Assembly (NCBI RefSeq): GCF_963921235.1
Contig: NC_086097.1
Location: 208,446,001 to 208,510,000, forward strand
Length of the DNA: 64,000 nucleotides
Direction of reading: 5' to 3'
From: Mobula hypostoma
Taxonomy: Eukaryota
Part shown: positions 1 through 13,026 of the stretch, piece by piece
Layout of the letters: each line of letters starts with the position of its first letter
Position numbering within the stretch: position 1 is the first letter of the stretch
Made by a program: the position numbers and the translations under genes
Notes under the pieces: model-generated
Seen by the model: the letters and a program-made list of their open reading frames with translations, nothing else
The model's database searches: none
What the model was told of the DNA's origin: nothing

Positions 1-1780
1 CCCTGGCCCCCACCACTTTATTTTCACCATGGATGTCCAGTCCTTATATACTTCCATCCCCCATCAGGAAGGTCTCAAAGCTCTACGCTTCTTTTTGGAT
101 TCCAGACCTAATCAGTTCCCCTCTACCACCACTCTGCTCCGTCTAGCGGAATTAGTCCTTACTCTTAATAATTTCTCCTTTTGCTCCTCCCATTTCCTCC
201 AAACTAAAGGTGTAGCTATGGGCACCCGTATGGGTCCTAGCTATGCCTGCCTTTTTGTTGGGTTTGTGGAACAATCTATGTTCCGTGCCTATTCTGGTAT
301 CTGTCCCCCACTTTTCCTTCGCTACATCGACGGCTGCATTGGCGCTGCTTCCTGCACGCATGCAGAACTCGTTGACTTTATTAACTTTGCCTCCAACTTT
401 CACCCTGCCCTCAAGTTTACCTGGTCCATTTCCGACACCTCCCTCCCCTTTCTAGATCTTTCTGTCTCTGTCTCTGGAGACAGCTTATCCACTGATGTCT
501 ACTATAAGCCTACTGACTCTCACAGCTATCTGGACTATTCCTCTTCTCACCCTGTCTCTTGCAAAAACGCCATCCCCTTCTCGCAATTCCTCCGTCTCCG
601 CCGCATCTGCTCTCAGGATGAGGCTTTTCATTCTAGGACGAGGGAGATGTCTTCATTTTTTAAAGAAAGGGGCTTCCCTTCCTCCACTATCAACTCTGCT
701 CTTAAACGCATCTCCCCCATTTCACGTACATCTGCTCTCACTCCATCCTCCCGCCACCCCACTAGGAATAGGGTTCCCCTGGTCCTCACCTACCACCCCA
801 CCAGCCTCCGGGTCCAACATATTATTCTCCGTAACTTCCGCCACCTCCAACGGGATCCCACCACTAAGCACATCTTTCCCTCCCCCCCCTGCATTCCGCA
901 GGGATCGCTCCCTACACAACTCCCTTGTCCATTCGTCCCCCCCATCCCTCCCCACTGATTTCCCTCCTGGCACTTATCCGTGTAAGCGGAACAAGTGCTA
1001 CACATGCCCTTACACTTCCTCCCTTACCACCATTCAGGGCCCCAAACAGTCCTTCCAGGTGAGGCATCACTTCACCTGTGAGTCGACTGGGGTGATATAC
1101 TGCGTCCGGTGCTCCCGATGTGGCCTTTTATATATTGGCGAGACCTGACGCAGACTGGGAGACCGCTTTGCTGAACATCTACGCTCTGTCTGCCAGAGAA
1201 AGCAGGATCTCCCAGTGGCCACACATTTTAATTCCACATCCCATTCCCATTCTGACATGTCTATCCACGGCCTCCTCTACTGTAAAGATGAAGCCACACT
1301 CAGGTTGGAGGAACAACACCTTATATTCCGTCTGGGTAGCCTCCAACCTGATGGCATGAACATCGACTTCTCTAACTTCCGCTTGGCCCCACCTTCCCCT
1401 CGTACCCCATCTGTTACTTATTTTTAATGCACACATTCTTTCTCTCACTCTCCTTTTTCTCCCTCTGTCCCTCTGAATATACCTCTTGCCCATCCTCTGG
1501 GTCACCCCCCCCCTTGTCTTTCTTCCCGGACCTCCTGTCCCATGATCCTCTCGTATCCCCTTTTGCCTATCACCTGTCCAGCTCTCGGCTCTATCCCTCC
1601 CCCTCCTGTCTTCTCCTTTCATTTTGCATCTCCCCCTCCCCCTCCAGCTTTCAAATCCCTTACTCACTCTTCCTTGAGTTAGTCCTGACGAAGGGTCTTG
1701 GCCTGAAACGTCGAATGCGCCTCTTCCTGTAGATGCTGCTTGGCCTGCTGCGTTCACCAGCAACTTTGATGTATGTTGTT
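1..1780 (+). mobile_element. Penelope-like element copy 1 (RT + GIY-YIG, defective), continues beyond the left edge
   Basis: RT motifs DVQSLYT, GVAMGT and RYIDG (DD mutated). GIY-YIG region VIYCVRC...YIGET with a premature TGA and a frameshift near 885. C/T-rich 3' pLTR. Confidence 0.93.
1681..1716 (+). ncRNA. Minimal type I hammerhead ribozyme in Penelope pLTR (stem I mismatch)
   Basis: AGTC CTGACGA AGGGTCTTGGCCT GAAACGTC GAAT. Confidence 0.7.
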
Positions 1781-1928
1781 AGTTTAAAATACAGTTCATT
1801 TACTTACAGTGATACACATTTGAATCCACACATTCTTAAAACACCTTTAAAACTCACAGAGAATTTCTATCTCATATACAGTATGTTGACAGGCCAACTA
1901 GGGGGAATGCCATACTAGGTCTAGTATT

Positions 1929-4272
1929 AGGTAACGAACCGGGTCAGGGGGACGGTGACCACCACTCCCTGGCCTTTAGCATTATCATAGCAAAGGATAG
2001 AATCAAGAGAGGACAGGAAAATTTTAATTGGGGAAGGGCAAATTATGAGGCTAAGGCTAGAACTTGCGGGTGTGAATTGGGATGATGTTTTTGCAAAGAA
2101 ATGTACTATGGACATGTGGTCGATGTTCAGAGATCTCTTGCAGAATGTTGGGGATAAATTTGTCCCGGTGAGGAAGATAAAGAATGGTAGGGTGAAGGAA
2201 CCATGGGTGACAAGTGAGGTGGAAAATCTAGTCAGGTGGAAGAAGGCAGCATACATGAGGTTTAGGAAGCAAGGATCAGATGGGTCTATTGAGGAATATA
2301 GGGTAGCAAGAAAGGAGCTTAACAAGGGGCTGAGGAGAGCAAGAAGGGGGCATGAGAAGGCCTTGGCGAGTAGGGTAAAGGAAAACCCCAAGGCATTCTT
2401 CAATTATGTGAAGAATAAAAGGACGACAAGAGTGAAGGTAGGACTGATCAGAGATAAAGGTGGGAAGATGTGCCTGGAGGCTGTGGAAGTGAGCGAGGTC
2501 CTCAGTGAATACTCCTCTTTGGTATTCACCAATTAGAGGGAACTTGATGACGATGAGGACAAAATGAGTGAGGGTGATGTTCTGGAGCATGTTGGTATTA
2601 AGGGAGAAGAGATGTCGGAGTTGTTAAAATACATTAGGATGGATAAGTCCCCTGGGCCTGACGGAATATTCCCCGGCTGCTCCACGAGGCGAGGGAAGAG
2701 ATTGCTGAGCCTCTGGCTAGGATCTTTATGTCCTCATTCTCCACGGGAATGGTACCAGAGGACTGGAGGGAGGCGAATGTTGTCCCCTTGTTCAAAAAAG
2801 GTAGTAGGGATAGTCCGGGTAATTATAGACCAGTGAGCCTTACGTCTGTGGTGGGAAAGCTGTTGGAAAAGATTCTTAGAGATAGGATCTATGGGCATTT
2901 AGAGAGTCATGGTCTGATCAGAGACAGTCAGCATGGCTTTGTGAAGGGCAGATTGTGTCTAACAAGCCTGATAGAGTTCTTTGAGGTGGTGACCAGGCAT
3001 ATTGATGAGGGTAATGCAGTGATGTGATCTATATGGATTTTAGTAAGGCATTTGACATGGTTCCACGCAGTAGGATTATTCAGAAAGTCAGAAGGCATGG
3101 GATCCAGGGAAGTTTGGCTAGATGGATTCAGAATTGGCTTGCCTGCAGAAAGCAGAGGGTCGTGGTGGAGGGAGTACATTTGGATTGGAGGGTTGTGACT
3201 AGTGGTGTCCCACAAGGATCCGTTCTGGGACCTCTACTTTTCATAATTTTTATTAATGACCTGGATCTGGGAGTAGAAGGGAGGGTTGGCAAGTTTGCAG
3301 ACGACACAAAGGTTGGTGGTGTTGTAGATAGTGTAGAGGATTGTCAAAGATTGCAGAGAGACAGTGATAAGATGCAGAAGTGGACTGAGAAGTGGCAGAT
3401 GGAGTTCAACCTGGAGAAGTGTGAGGTTGTACACTTTATAACCATATATAACCATATAACAATTACAGCATGGAAACAGGCCATCTCGGCCCTTCTAGTC
3501 CATGCCGAACATTTACTCTCACTTTGGAAGGGCAAACTCCAAGGCAGAGTACAAAGTAAATGGCAGGATACTTGTTAGTGTGGAGGAGCAGAGGGATCTG
3601 TGGTTACATGTCCACAGATCCCTGAAAGTTGCCTCACAGGTGGATAGGGTAGTTAAGAAAGCTTATGGGGTGTTAGCTTTCATAAGTCGAGGGATAGAGT
3701 TTAAGAATCGCGAGGTAATGCTGCAGCTCTGTAAGACCCTGGTTAGGCCACACTTGGAGTACTGTGTCCAGTTCTGGTCGCCTCACTATAGGAAGGATGT
3801 GGAGGCATTGGAAAGGGTACAGAGGAGATTTACCAGGATGCTGCCTGGTTTAGAGAGTATGCATTATGATCAGAGATTAAGGGAGCTAGGACTTTACTCT
3901 TTGGAGAGGAGGATGAGAGGAGACATGATAGAGGTTTACAAGATATTAAGAGGAACAGATAGGGTGGGCAGCCAGTGCCTCTTCCCCAGGGCACCACTGC
4001 TCAATGCAAGAGGACATGGCTTTAAGGTAAGGGGTGGGAAGTTCAAGGGGGATATTAGGGGAAGGTTTTTTACTCAGAGAGTGGTTGGTGTGTGGAATGC
4101 ACTGCCTGAGTCAGTGGTTCAGGCAGATACAGTGGTGAAATTTCAGAGACTACTAGACAGGTATATGGAGGAATTTAAGTTGGGGTTTTATATGAGAGGC
4201 AGGGTTTAAGGGTCGGCACAACATTGTGGGCCGAAGGGCCTGTACTGTGCTGTACTATCCTATGTTCTATGT
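1929..4272 (+). mobile_element. CR1 LINE, 5'-truncated, frameshifted
   Basis: ORF2 motifs KSPGPDGI, NYRPVSLTS, SGVPQGSVLGPLLF, KFADD and LVRPHLEYCVQFWSP; CR1 3' UTR with a tatgttctatgt tail. Confidence 0.93.
3438..3519 (-). mobile_element. Short CR1-type 3' tail inserted antisense into the CR1
   Basis: TSD cacttt at 3432-3437 and 3520-3525; ataaccat repeat tail; interrupts the host frame VVHF|GR. Confidence 0.8.
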
Positions 4273-4595
4273 ACATTTATTTCCCAATTAAAAACCATTT
4301 CTAAAACACAAAGCATTTCTTAAACTCAAAGGATTTTCAAAACATAGGTATAATTCCTATCAACTAAAAAGCATATCATGATGCAGATGAATAACTCATC
4401 TGTCATTGAAACTGAAGTTAGAGGAATGCATTCTATTCACCCCATTGTCCTATTATTATTCTTAATGTTCTTCAGTCACTCATAATAAGCCCGAACTGTA
4501 TCCACATTTATACCCTTTTTCTACCAGTTGAATGACTTCACAGGCATATGATATTTCCTCAAATGTCCTTTCAACACTGTTACAAGGATCTTCTT

Positions 4596-4720
4596 AGAAC
4601 ATAGAGCATAGAACATGGAATAGTACAGCACAGTACAGGCCCCTCAGCCCACAATGTTGTGTCGACCCTCAAACCCTGCCTCCCATATAAGCCCCCACCT
4701 TAAAATTCCTCCATATATCT
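4596..4720 (-). mobile_element. CR1 3' end fragment
   Basis: Reverse complement of 4165-4270, including the tail repeat. Confidence 0.85.
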
Positions 4721-6553
4721 TAGTATATCTTCCCCTTAGTAATATTGATCATGGAGGCACAGAAAGAATCTGTAATTACTGACAAGTACCTTTACATCTC
4801 AACAGGTGAACACATGAACTTACATAATCAAATACCGGTGTGCACACCTACTTAGCTTTCCTGATCTTACATGAACTGTCAAAGAATAGAAAAGATAATG
4901 CCAGTTAAAAAGGAGTTTCTGCTCCTGGCCACGTGTTCTTCATGATCCCATTTCAAATCTCCACATCCACGGGACACCTCTCATCCACGATGCTGAATTT
5001 CCTGTAGTGTCATCACTGTCTTGTATGTGAAATCTTCTGCTTTTATACTCATTCCTTACTGATTCAAATATTACATTCCAGTGTCATTGGCTATAGGTCA
5101 CCTGATTGAACTTTAGCATCTTTTTATTGGTTCTGCTCCAACCCAGCATCCATTTATTGACAATTGACAAGTGACAATTGGTAATTTATGGCTCTTTGTT
5201 TTTTCAGTGACCAGCTTGAATCTCTCAGAGCAGGCGCAGACCCTAACTGTCATAAAGCTGCAGGTTATGTTATATTAAAGAACACCTCACAAATAACACT
5301 CTTATTTGGAAATGATCCCTACTCCAGCAGATTACCTGGAGCATCATTGTGTCTACTTTAAAACACTGATCAAGCTAAGCAACTTCATCTCACAAAATGG
5401 AGGACATAAAACAGTTCCACAAAATGGCAGCCTTAATTCCTAAGCAAGAACAAAGCCAACTGGTCTGTTCTTGTTTCACTCAAATTCACTGACTTGTAGA
5501 CTGTGGTTTTTTCTGGCAATCACTGCAAATGGTCTGAAAACATTTTGGAGACATAGTTCTTCAGTTACTTATCACTAATGCTGTGAAGCTGTAAAGCTAA
5601 CTTCCTTGAGCACTAAACCTTCCAACTGTAAGCACATCATTGTTATTGATATGCTAAATGATATTATCTATCTGTTCTGCAAGCTTCCATGAACCAAGCA
5701 ACTTAAGAAACAGCTTGTCTGTTTGAAACAACCTGAATTAAACAGCCCATTGTCATCTGTTTGAAACAATCTCAAATAAACAACTCTAGTACTGCATCTT
5801 GACCAGAAATAAAACAGGTGTAGTGAGCTAAATCTTGCCTCTCCCAGACAAAATGCCTACTGTCTACAAAGTTTATTTGCAAAGTGAGTTGCTTGAAATT
5901 CCAGCATCTGCAGATTTCCTGGTGTTTGCAAAGTGGGTCTTTAGGCAATTATTCTTTTAACCTCAAGGTGATTAATGCTTTCCATCTATATTTCAAGAAC
6001 TGAAGACTGACTTCCCTTTACTACCAGAAGTCAAACAACTTCCAGCTGTAAATTGGAGGTTTACTTGCATCTGTTTGTCATCTTATAAGTGGAGGAGGCT
6101 GTGTTTAGAAAGCACAAATAGCAAACAACCAAGAAAGAGAAAGAAGCTTATTGGCCAAGAAGTGAATATCCATCCCAATCTAATCATAGAACATAGAAAT
6201 CTACAGCACATTTCTGGCCCTTCGGCCCACAATGTTTTGCGGACCACGTAACCTACTCCAGAAACCGCCTAGAATTTCCTTAGCACATAGCCCTCTGTTT
6301 TTCTAAGTTCCATGTGCCTATCCAAGAGGCTTTTAAAAGACCCTATTGTATCCGCTTCCACCACTGCCGCTGGCAGTGCATTCCACACATCCCCCACTCT
6401 CTGTGTGAAAAACTTACCCCTGACATCCCCTTGGTACCTATTCCCAAACAGTTTAAAATAATAGGAATTCTGCAGATGCTGGAAATTCAAGCAATATACA
6501 TCAAAGTTGCTGGTGAACGCAGCAGGCCAAGCAGCATCTATAGGAAGAGGCGC

Positions 6554-6589
6554 AGTCGACGTTTCAGGCCGAGACCCTTCGTCAGGACT
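6554..6589 (-). ncRNA. Minimal type I hammerhead ribozyme, intact core
   Basis: Minus strand: AGTC CTGACGA AGGGTCTCGGCCT GAAACGTC GACT. Confidence 0.8.
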
Positions 6590-6650
6590 AACTGAAGGAA
6601 GAGTGAGTAAGGGATTTGAAAGCTGGAGGGGGAGGGGGAGATGCAAAATG

Positions 6651-8469
6651 CACTAATCCTAACCTTATTATTAAACCCGCTGATAAAGGGGGTGCTGTTG
6701 TAGTCTGGCGTACTGACCTCTACCTTGCCGAGGCACAGCGACAACTCGCGGATACCTCCTCTTATTTACCCCTCAATCGTGACCCCACTAAGGAGCACCA
6801 GGCCATTGTCTCCCACACTATCAACGACTTTATCCGCTCAGGGGATCTCCCATCCACTGCTACCAACCTTATAGTTCCCACACCCCGCACTTCCCGTTTC
6901 TACCTCCTACCCAAGATCCACAAACCTGCCTGTCCTGGCCGACCTATTGTCTCAGCTTGCTCCTGCCCCACCGAACTCGTTTCTGCATACCTCGACACTG
7001 TTTTATCACCCCTTGTTCAATCCCTTCCGACCTATGTTCGTGACACTTCTCACGCTCTTAAACTTTTCGATGATTTTAAGTTCCCTGGCCCCCACCGCTT
7101 TATTTTCACCATGGATGTCCAGTCCTTATATACTTCCATCCCCCATCAGGAAGGTCTCAAAGCTCTACGCTTCTTTTTGGATTCCAGACCTAATCAGTTC
7201 CCCTCTACCACCACTCTGCTCCGTCTAGCGGAATTAGTCCTTACTCTTAATAATTTCTCCTTTTGCTCCTCCCATTTCCTCCAAACTAAAGGTGTAGCTA
7301 TGGGCACCCGTATGGGTCCTAGCTATGCCTGCCTTTTTGTTGGGTTTGTGGAACAATCTATGTTCCGTGCCTATTCTGGTATCTGTCCCCCACTTTTCCT
7401 TCGCTATATCGACGACTGCATTGGCGCTGCTTCCTGCATGCATGCAGAACTCGTTGACTTTATTAACTTTGCCTCCAACTTTCACCCTGCCCTCAAGTTT
7501 ACCTGGTCCATTTCCGACACCTCCCTCCCCTTTCTAGATCTTTCTGTCTCTGTCTCTGGAGACAGCTTATCCACTGATATCTACTATAAGCCTACTGACT
7601 CTCACAGCTATCTGGACTATTCCTCTTCTCACCCTGTCTCTTGCAAAAACGCCATCCCCTTCTCGCAATTCCTCCGTCTCCGCCGCATCTGCTCTCAGGA
7701 TGAGGCTTTTCATTCTAGGACGAGGGAGATGTCTTCATTTTTTAAAGAAAGGGGCTTCCCTTCCTCCACTATCAACTCTGCTCTTAAACGCATCTCCTCC
7801 ATTTCACGTACATCTGCTCTCACTCCATCCTCCCACCACCCCACTAGGAATAGGGTTCCCCTGGTCCTCACCTACCACCCCACCAGCCTCCGGGTCCAAC
7901 ATATTATTCTCCGTAACTTCCGCCACCTCCAACGGGATCCCACCACTAAGCACATCTTTCCCTCCCCCCCCTCTGCATTCCGCAGGGATCGCTCCCTACA
8001 CAACTCCCTTGTCCATTCGTCCCCCCCATCCCTCCCCACTGATCTCCCTCCCGGCACTTATCCGTGTAAGCGGAACAAGTGCTACACATGCCCTTACACT
8101 TCCTCCCTTACCACCATTCAGGGCCCCAAACAGTCCTTCCAGGTGAGGCATCACTTCACCTGTGAGTCGACTGGGGTGATATACTGCGTCCGGTGCTCCC
8201 AATGTGGCCTTTTATATATTGGTGAGACCCGACGCAGACTGGGAGACTGCTTTGCTGAACATCTACGCTCTGTCCGCCAGAGAAAGCAGGATCTCCCAGT
8301 GGCCACACATTTTAATTCCACATCCCATTCCCATTCTGACATGTCTATCCACGGCCTCCTCTACTGTAAAGATGAAGCCACACTCAGGTTGGAGGAACAA
8401 CACCTTATATTCCGTCTGGGTAGCCTCCAACCTGATGGCATGAACATTGACTTCTCTAACTTCCGCTAG
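6651..8469 (+). CDS. Penelope-like reverse transcriptase + GIY-YIG endonuclease, uninterrupted but N-terminally truncated
   Basis: About 600 open codons with YIDD, C..C.C and VIYC..C..C...YIGET motifs. The first ~12 residues of the predicted ORF come from the inverted pLTR. Confidence 0.85.
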
Positions 8470-8761
8470 GCCCCACCTCCCCCTCGTACCCCAGCTGTTA
8501 CTCATTTTTATGCACACATTCTTTCTCTCACTCTCCTTTTTCTCCCTCTGTCCCTCTGAATATACCTCTTGCCCATCCTCTGGGTCACCCCCCCCCGTCT
8601 TTCTCCCTAGGCCTCCTGTCCCATGATCCTCTCGTATCCCCTTTTGCCTATCACCTGTCCAGCTCTCGGCTCTATCCCTCCCCCTCCTGTCTTCTCCTAT
8701 CATTTTGCATCTCCCCCTCCCCCTCCAGCTTTCAAATCCCTTACTCACTCTTCCTTCAGTT

Positions 8762-8797
8762 AGTCCTGACAAAGGGTCTCGGCCTGAAACGTCGACT
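8762..8797 (+). ncRNA. Minimal hammerhead with a core mutation (CTGACAA, G8A)
   Basis: AGTC CTGACAA AGGGTCTCGGCCT GAAACGTC GACT. Confidence 0.65.
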
Positions 8798-10034
8798 GCG
8801 CCTCTTCCTATAGATGCTGCTTGGCCTGCTGCGTTCACCAGCAACTTTGATGTATGTTGTTAGTTTAAAATAATGCCCCCTTGTGTTAGGCATTTCAGCC
8901 CTGGAAAAAAGCCTCTGGCTATCCACACAATCAATGCCCCTCATCATCTTATACACCTCTATTAGGTCATCTCTCATCCTTCATTGATCCAAGGAGAAAA
9001 GGCCAAGTTCACTCAACCTATTCTCATAAAGCACACCCTCCAATCAAGGGAACATCCTTGTAAATCTCATCTGCACTCTTTATATAGTGTCCACATCCTT
9101 CCTGTAATGAGGTGACCAGAACTGAACACAGTACTCCAGGTGGGGTCTGACCACGGTCTTATATAGTTGTAACAGTTCTTGAACTCAATCCCACGTTGAA
9201 TGAATGCCGACACACCATACGCCTTCTTAACAACGCTGTCAACCTGTGCAGCAGCTTTGATTGTCCTATGGACACGGACCCCAAGATCTCTTAGATCCTC
9301 CACACTGCCAAGAGTCTTTCTATTAATATTAATCATGGGCTACATTTCACACGGGAATATTTTATTGAGAAAAAATAGACCTACTATTTAAAATAATAAA
9401 TATGCAAATAGTTATATTCATTCTGCTGTACACCAGTTTACAGGAAAAGGCAACATTTAGGGTGAATTTGGATAATTTAGTATAAACAGACTGGGCATTG
9501 TGTAAAATTAAAATGTCATCTTAGTGCACATAATTGTTAATTGGCAACTTTTATCATTATACACTGTAAATATATAAAAGTGCAAGATAACATTCTGTTT
9601 CAGTTTTAATAGCATGTTGTATGCTATCATTAAATAATTTCAGATTTGCTACAAAGATTAAATGGAGTTGGATGAGTTCATAAATATGTGTGTTGGGTAG
9701 ATACTGTACCTATCTTATTGTGTCCTTCCGGGTCTTGCCTTTTTGTAATCAAATGTACCAATGGTTACTTATCCCTTTTTATTATCCTTTTTTTATATTA
9801 AAAAAACAGTAGTACTGGTAACTGCAGTTCACTTATTATATCATCAGTTGTTAGAAAAATGCTGTAAGTTTTAATAGGACACTTAGGCATAACATAAATC
9901 AGCATTGCCTCTGCCTAATTATGAAAAGAAAATCTTTTTTCAATATATTGGACTTATTTAAGGGTGTAACTGTCAGGTAAATGAAATAGTGCCTGTAAGT
10001 GTAATGCATCTGAACAAATATCTAATATAGTGAG

Positions 10035-10321
10035 AGAGAGACATACAGCATGAAAAGAGGCCCTTCAGCCCATCAATACCTCACTGACCACCCAGCACCT
10101 GTTTTTACATTACTTCTACCATAACCCATTTTGTTCTCCCCACATTTCTGTCATTAAGAGCTATTTGTAATGGGCAATTAACTCACCAGCCAGCATGCTT
10201 TTGTGATATGGAAGGAAATCCAGGTAGTCACAGTGAGAATGTGCAAATTCCACACAGCAGTAGAGGTTAGGACTGAACCTGGCTTGCCAGCAATGTGAAG
10301 CAGCTGTATCACTGTGCCACC
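10035..10321 (-). mobile_element. Degenerate tRNA-derived SINE (V-SINE/HE1-like)
   Basis: Minus strand begins ggtggcacagtg; B-box-like ggttcagtcc; core gtggaatttgcacattctc; CR1-type tail gggctgaagggcc. Confidence 0.7.
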
Positions 10322-11577
10322 CCATATAGTGCCACAGACAAGCTTATCACACAAGATAAGTCTTAGGGTAGGGCATATTATATCATGAATGGAGAATTGT
10401 TCAATAGTGTGGATAGATAGGTCATTTTAGACTGCCTCAATAATTTATCATTACAATCACGGATACATTAATTAGTACTGTCTATAATTTGAGCACTCTA
10501 ATAATATTTACCTGCAAAGATTAAATGGAGCTGGATGAGTTCACAAATGTGTGTGTGTTGGGTAGCTACAAAGAATCTACAAAGACATTTAGATTAGCAA
10601 AGAGAACAATTATACTGTATAGTGACATTTGCTGGATTGAGGTTGAGAGCAAATGTGAAGATATCCACTTTGATTTCTTAAAAAATCCTCCATTCACATA
10701 ATATATTCCAAACAATTATCTGGGCCCCTATCTCATAAGTAACCCTTCTTGTGATACTATATCAAATGCCTTTTGCAAATACAAATGAACAATATCTGTA
10801 GGCTTTCCTTTATCCACACTGATAGTTACATCTTCCTGGTATTGCAATAAACTTCAAAAAATGTGATATACTTTTCATTAATTGACATTGACTGCCTAAG
10901 CTTTTATGTTTCCTAATAACAGGATTGTAGCCCAGATTATAGTAAGGAAGACCTTTGTTGTGTGGTCTTTGCTACACCCTTGGGAATCATAGTTCATGCT
11001 GCCTCTGACACTGGCAGGTTTCATCCATCCCTTCTTGCAATTAACTTTTGAATGGAAGGTGTGGAGAGATGCATTGTTCTTTGTCCCATGGGCCCCATGA
11101 CACATGATTCTTCACTTTGGTCCTTTTGCCTTTGAGTGCTGATGGAAGGTAATAAAGCTATATTTTCCATCTAAAAACTGCTGTACTACCACATTGCTAA
11201 GCCCAGGGATATGAGCTAGGGGATGCACTTAAGCAGGATGCAATTTAAACAAAGAACTTGTGGGTTGCCAAACACAACAAACCTCCTTTTACATAGAGTG
11301 CAAGAGGAAAGGGCATATGTAATGCATAATTAAAAATAAATGAAATTGTTACGTATTTAAGTAGCTACAAACTAAGCACAGCTCCAATGCCATATTTAAG
11401 TCTGCTGAGGACACCACTGTTGTTGGCCGAATCAAAGGTGGTGATGACTCGGTATATAGAAGGGAGATTGGAAGTCTGGTTGAAAAGTTCCCCAACAACA
11501 GACTCTTCCTCAGTGTTTGCAAAACCAAAGAGCTGATCATCAACTACAGGAGGAAGAAGATGGAGGTCCACGAGCCA

Positions 11578-12213
11578 TACTTTGTGGAGTTCAGAAGAAT
11601 GAGAGGGGATCTTATAGAAACATACAAAATTTTGAAAGGGATAGATAAGATAGAAGTAGGAAAGTTGTTTCCATTGGTAGATGAGACTAGGGGACATTGC
11701 CTCAAGATTCAGGGGAGGAGATTTAGGACGGAGATGTGGAATTCTCTGCCACAGGACACAGTTGAGGCCAGTTCATTGGCTATATTTAAGAGGGAGTTAG
11801 ATATGGCCCTTGTGGCTAAAGGGATCAGAGGGTATGGAGGGAAGGCTGGTGCAGAGTTCTGAGTTGGATGATCAGCCATGATCATACTGAATGGCGGTGC
11901 AGGCTCAAAGGGCCGAATGGCCTACTCCTGCACCTATTTTCTATGTTTCTATGTTTCTATGAAACCATTTTTCCCAGAGAATGGTGAATCTGTGGAATTC
12001 TCTGCCCAGGGAAGCAGTAGAGGCTTCCTCACTAAATATATTTAAGAAACTGTTAGATAGGTTTTTACATAGTAGGGGAATTAAGGGTTATGGGGAAAAG
12101 GCAGGTAGGTGGAGCTGGGTTTACGGACAGATCAGCCATGATGTTATTAAATGGCGGGGCAGACTCGATGGGCCAGGTGGCTTACTCCTGCTCCTATTTC
12201 TTATGTTCTTATG
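11578..12213 (+). mobile_element. Two nested CR1 3' ends
   Basis: RRMRGDLIETYK; inner copy ~11737-11960 ends in (ctatgttt)n; the outer copy resumes with VNLWNSLP. Confidence 0.8.
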
Positions 12214-13026
12214 CTCTCATTAGGGAATTGGAGACGGAGAGATTCAAAAACATTAAACACCTTGGCATTATCATTTCAGAGGATCTGTATTGGGATCAAC
12301 ACGTATGTGCTATCACAGAGAAGGCACAACAGCGCCTTTGCTTTCTTAGGAGTTGGAATAGATTTGGCATGTCATTTAAAACTTTGATAAACTTCTATTG
12401 GTGCACAATGGAAAGTATCCTAAATAGCTGCATCATGGCCTGGTACGGAAACACCATGTCCACAAAAGGAAGAATCTAATTAAAGTGGTGAGTACAATCT
12501 AGTTCATCACAGGAAAAGCCCATCCCCCCATTGAGCACATTTACAAGGAGCACTCCACAAGAAAGCAGCATCCATCATAAGGACCCTCACCACCCAGACC
12601 ATGCTCTCTTCTCACTACTATTATCAGGCAGGAGGTACAAGAGCTTACGTTCTACACCACCAGTTTCAGGAGCTGTAATCACCTGAGAACAATCAGATTC
12701 CTGAATTGGCATGGATAACTTCACTCACCTCAACATACTCACTTTGAAGGACTCTACAGTTCTCAGTATTTTTTTATTTACACAATTTGTCTTGTTTTGC
12801 ACATTAGTTGTTTGCCAGTCTTTATACTTCTTCATAGGTTCTTTTGTATTTCTTTATTTTCCTGTACATGCCTGTGTTAGATTAAATTTTGTAAAACATT
12901 GAATGAATGCCTGAACAGTTCAAAATGACAATTTAACTTTGTGAGCTTGCAGGGTGTAGAATGTCTGTACAAGTTAAACACTGTAGGTTTGTTAAAGTCT
13001 AATGTTTGTTGATGGCAGCTGGACTG

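Larger units (their letters stand above)
6463..8861 (+). mobile_element. Penelope-like element copy 2: inverted pLTR (6463-6650), then 5'-truncated open RT + GIY-YIG ORF and pLTR
   Basis: ORF 6616..8469 with IKPADKGG, PKIHK, RYIDD and YIGET. 13-bp TSD agtttaaaataat at 6450-6462 and 8862-8874. Confidence 0.95.
6186..9325 (-). mobile_element. CR1 3' fragment split by Penelope copy 2
   Basis: GDVRGKFFTQRV (6269-6460) continues into LIEVYKMMRGID and VKKAYG (8875-9325) across the insertion. Confidence 0.88.

Noticed and set aside
4165..4720. Inverted repeat as a distinct structure
   Set aside because: Simply two independent CR1 3' ends in opposite orientation.
6616..6650. MKAGGGGGDAK as the true N-terminus of the Penelope protein
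   Set aside because: It is read from the inverted pLTR with a TTG start; the real ORF is 5'-truncated.
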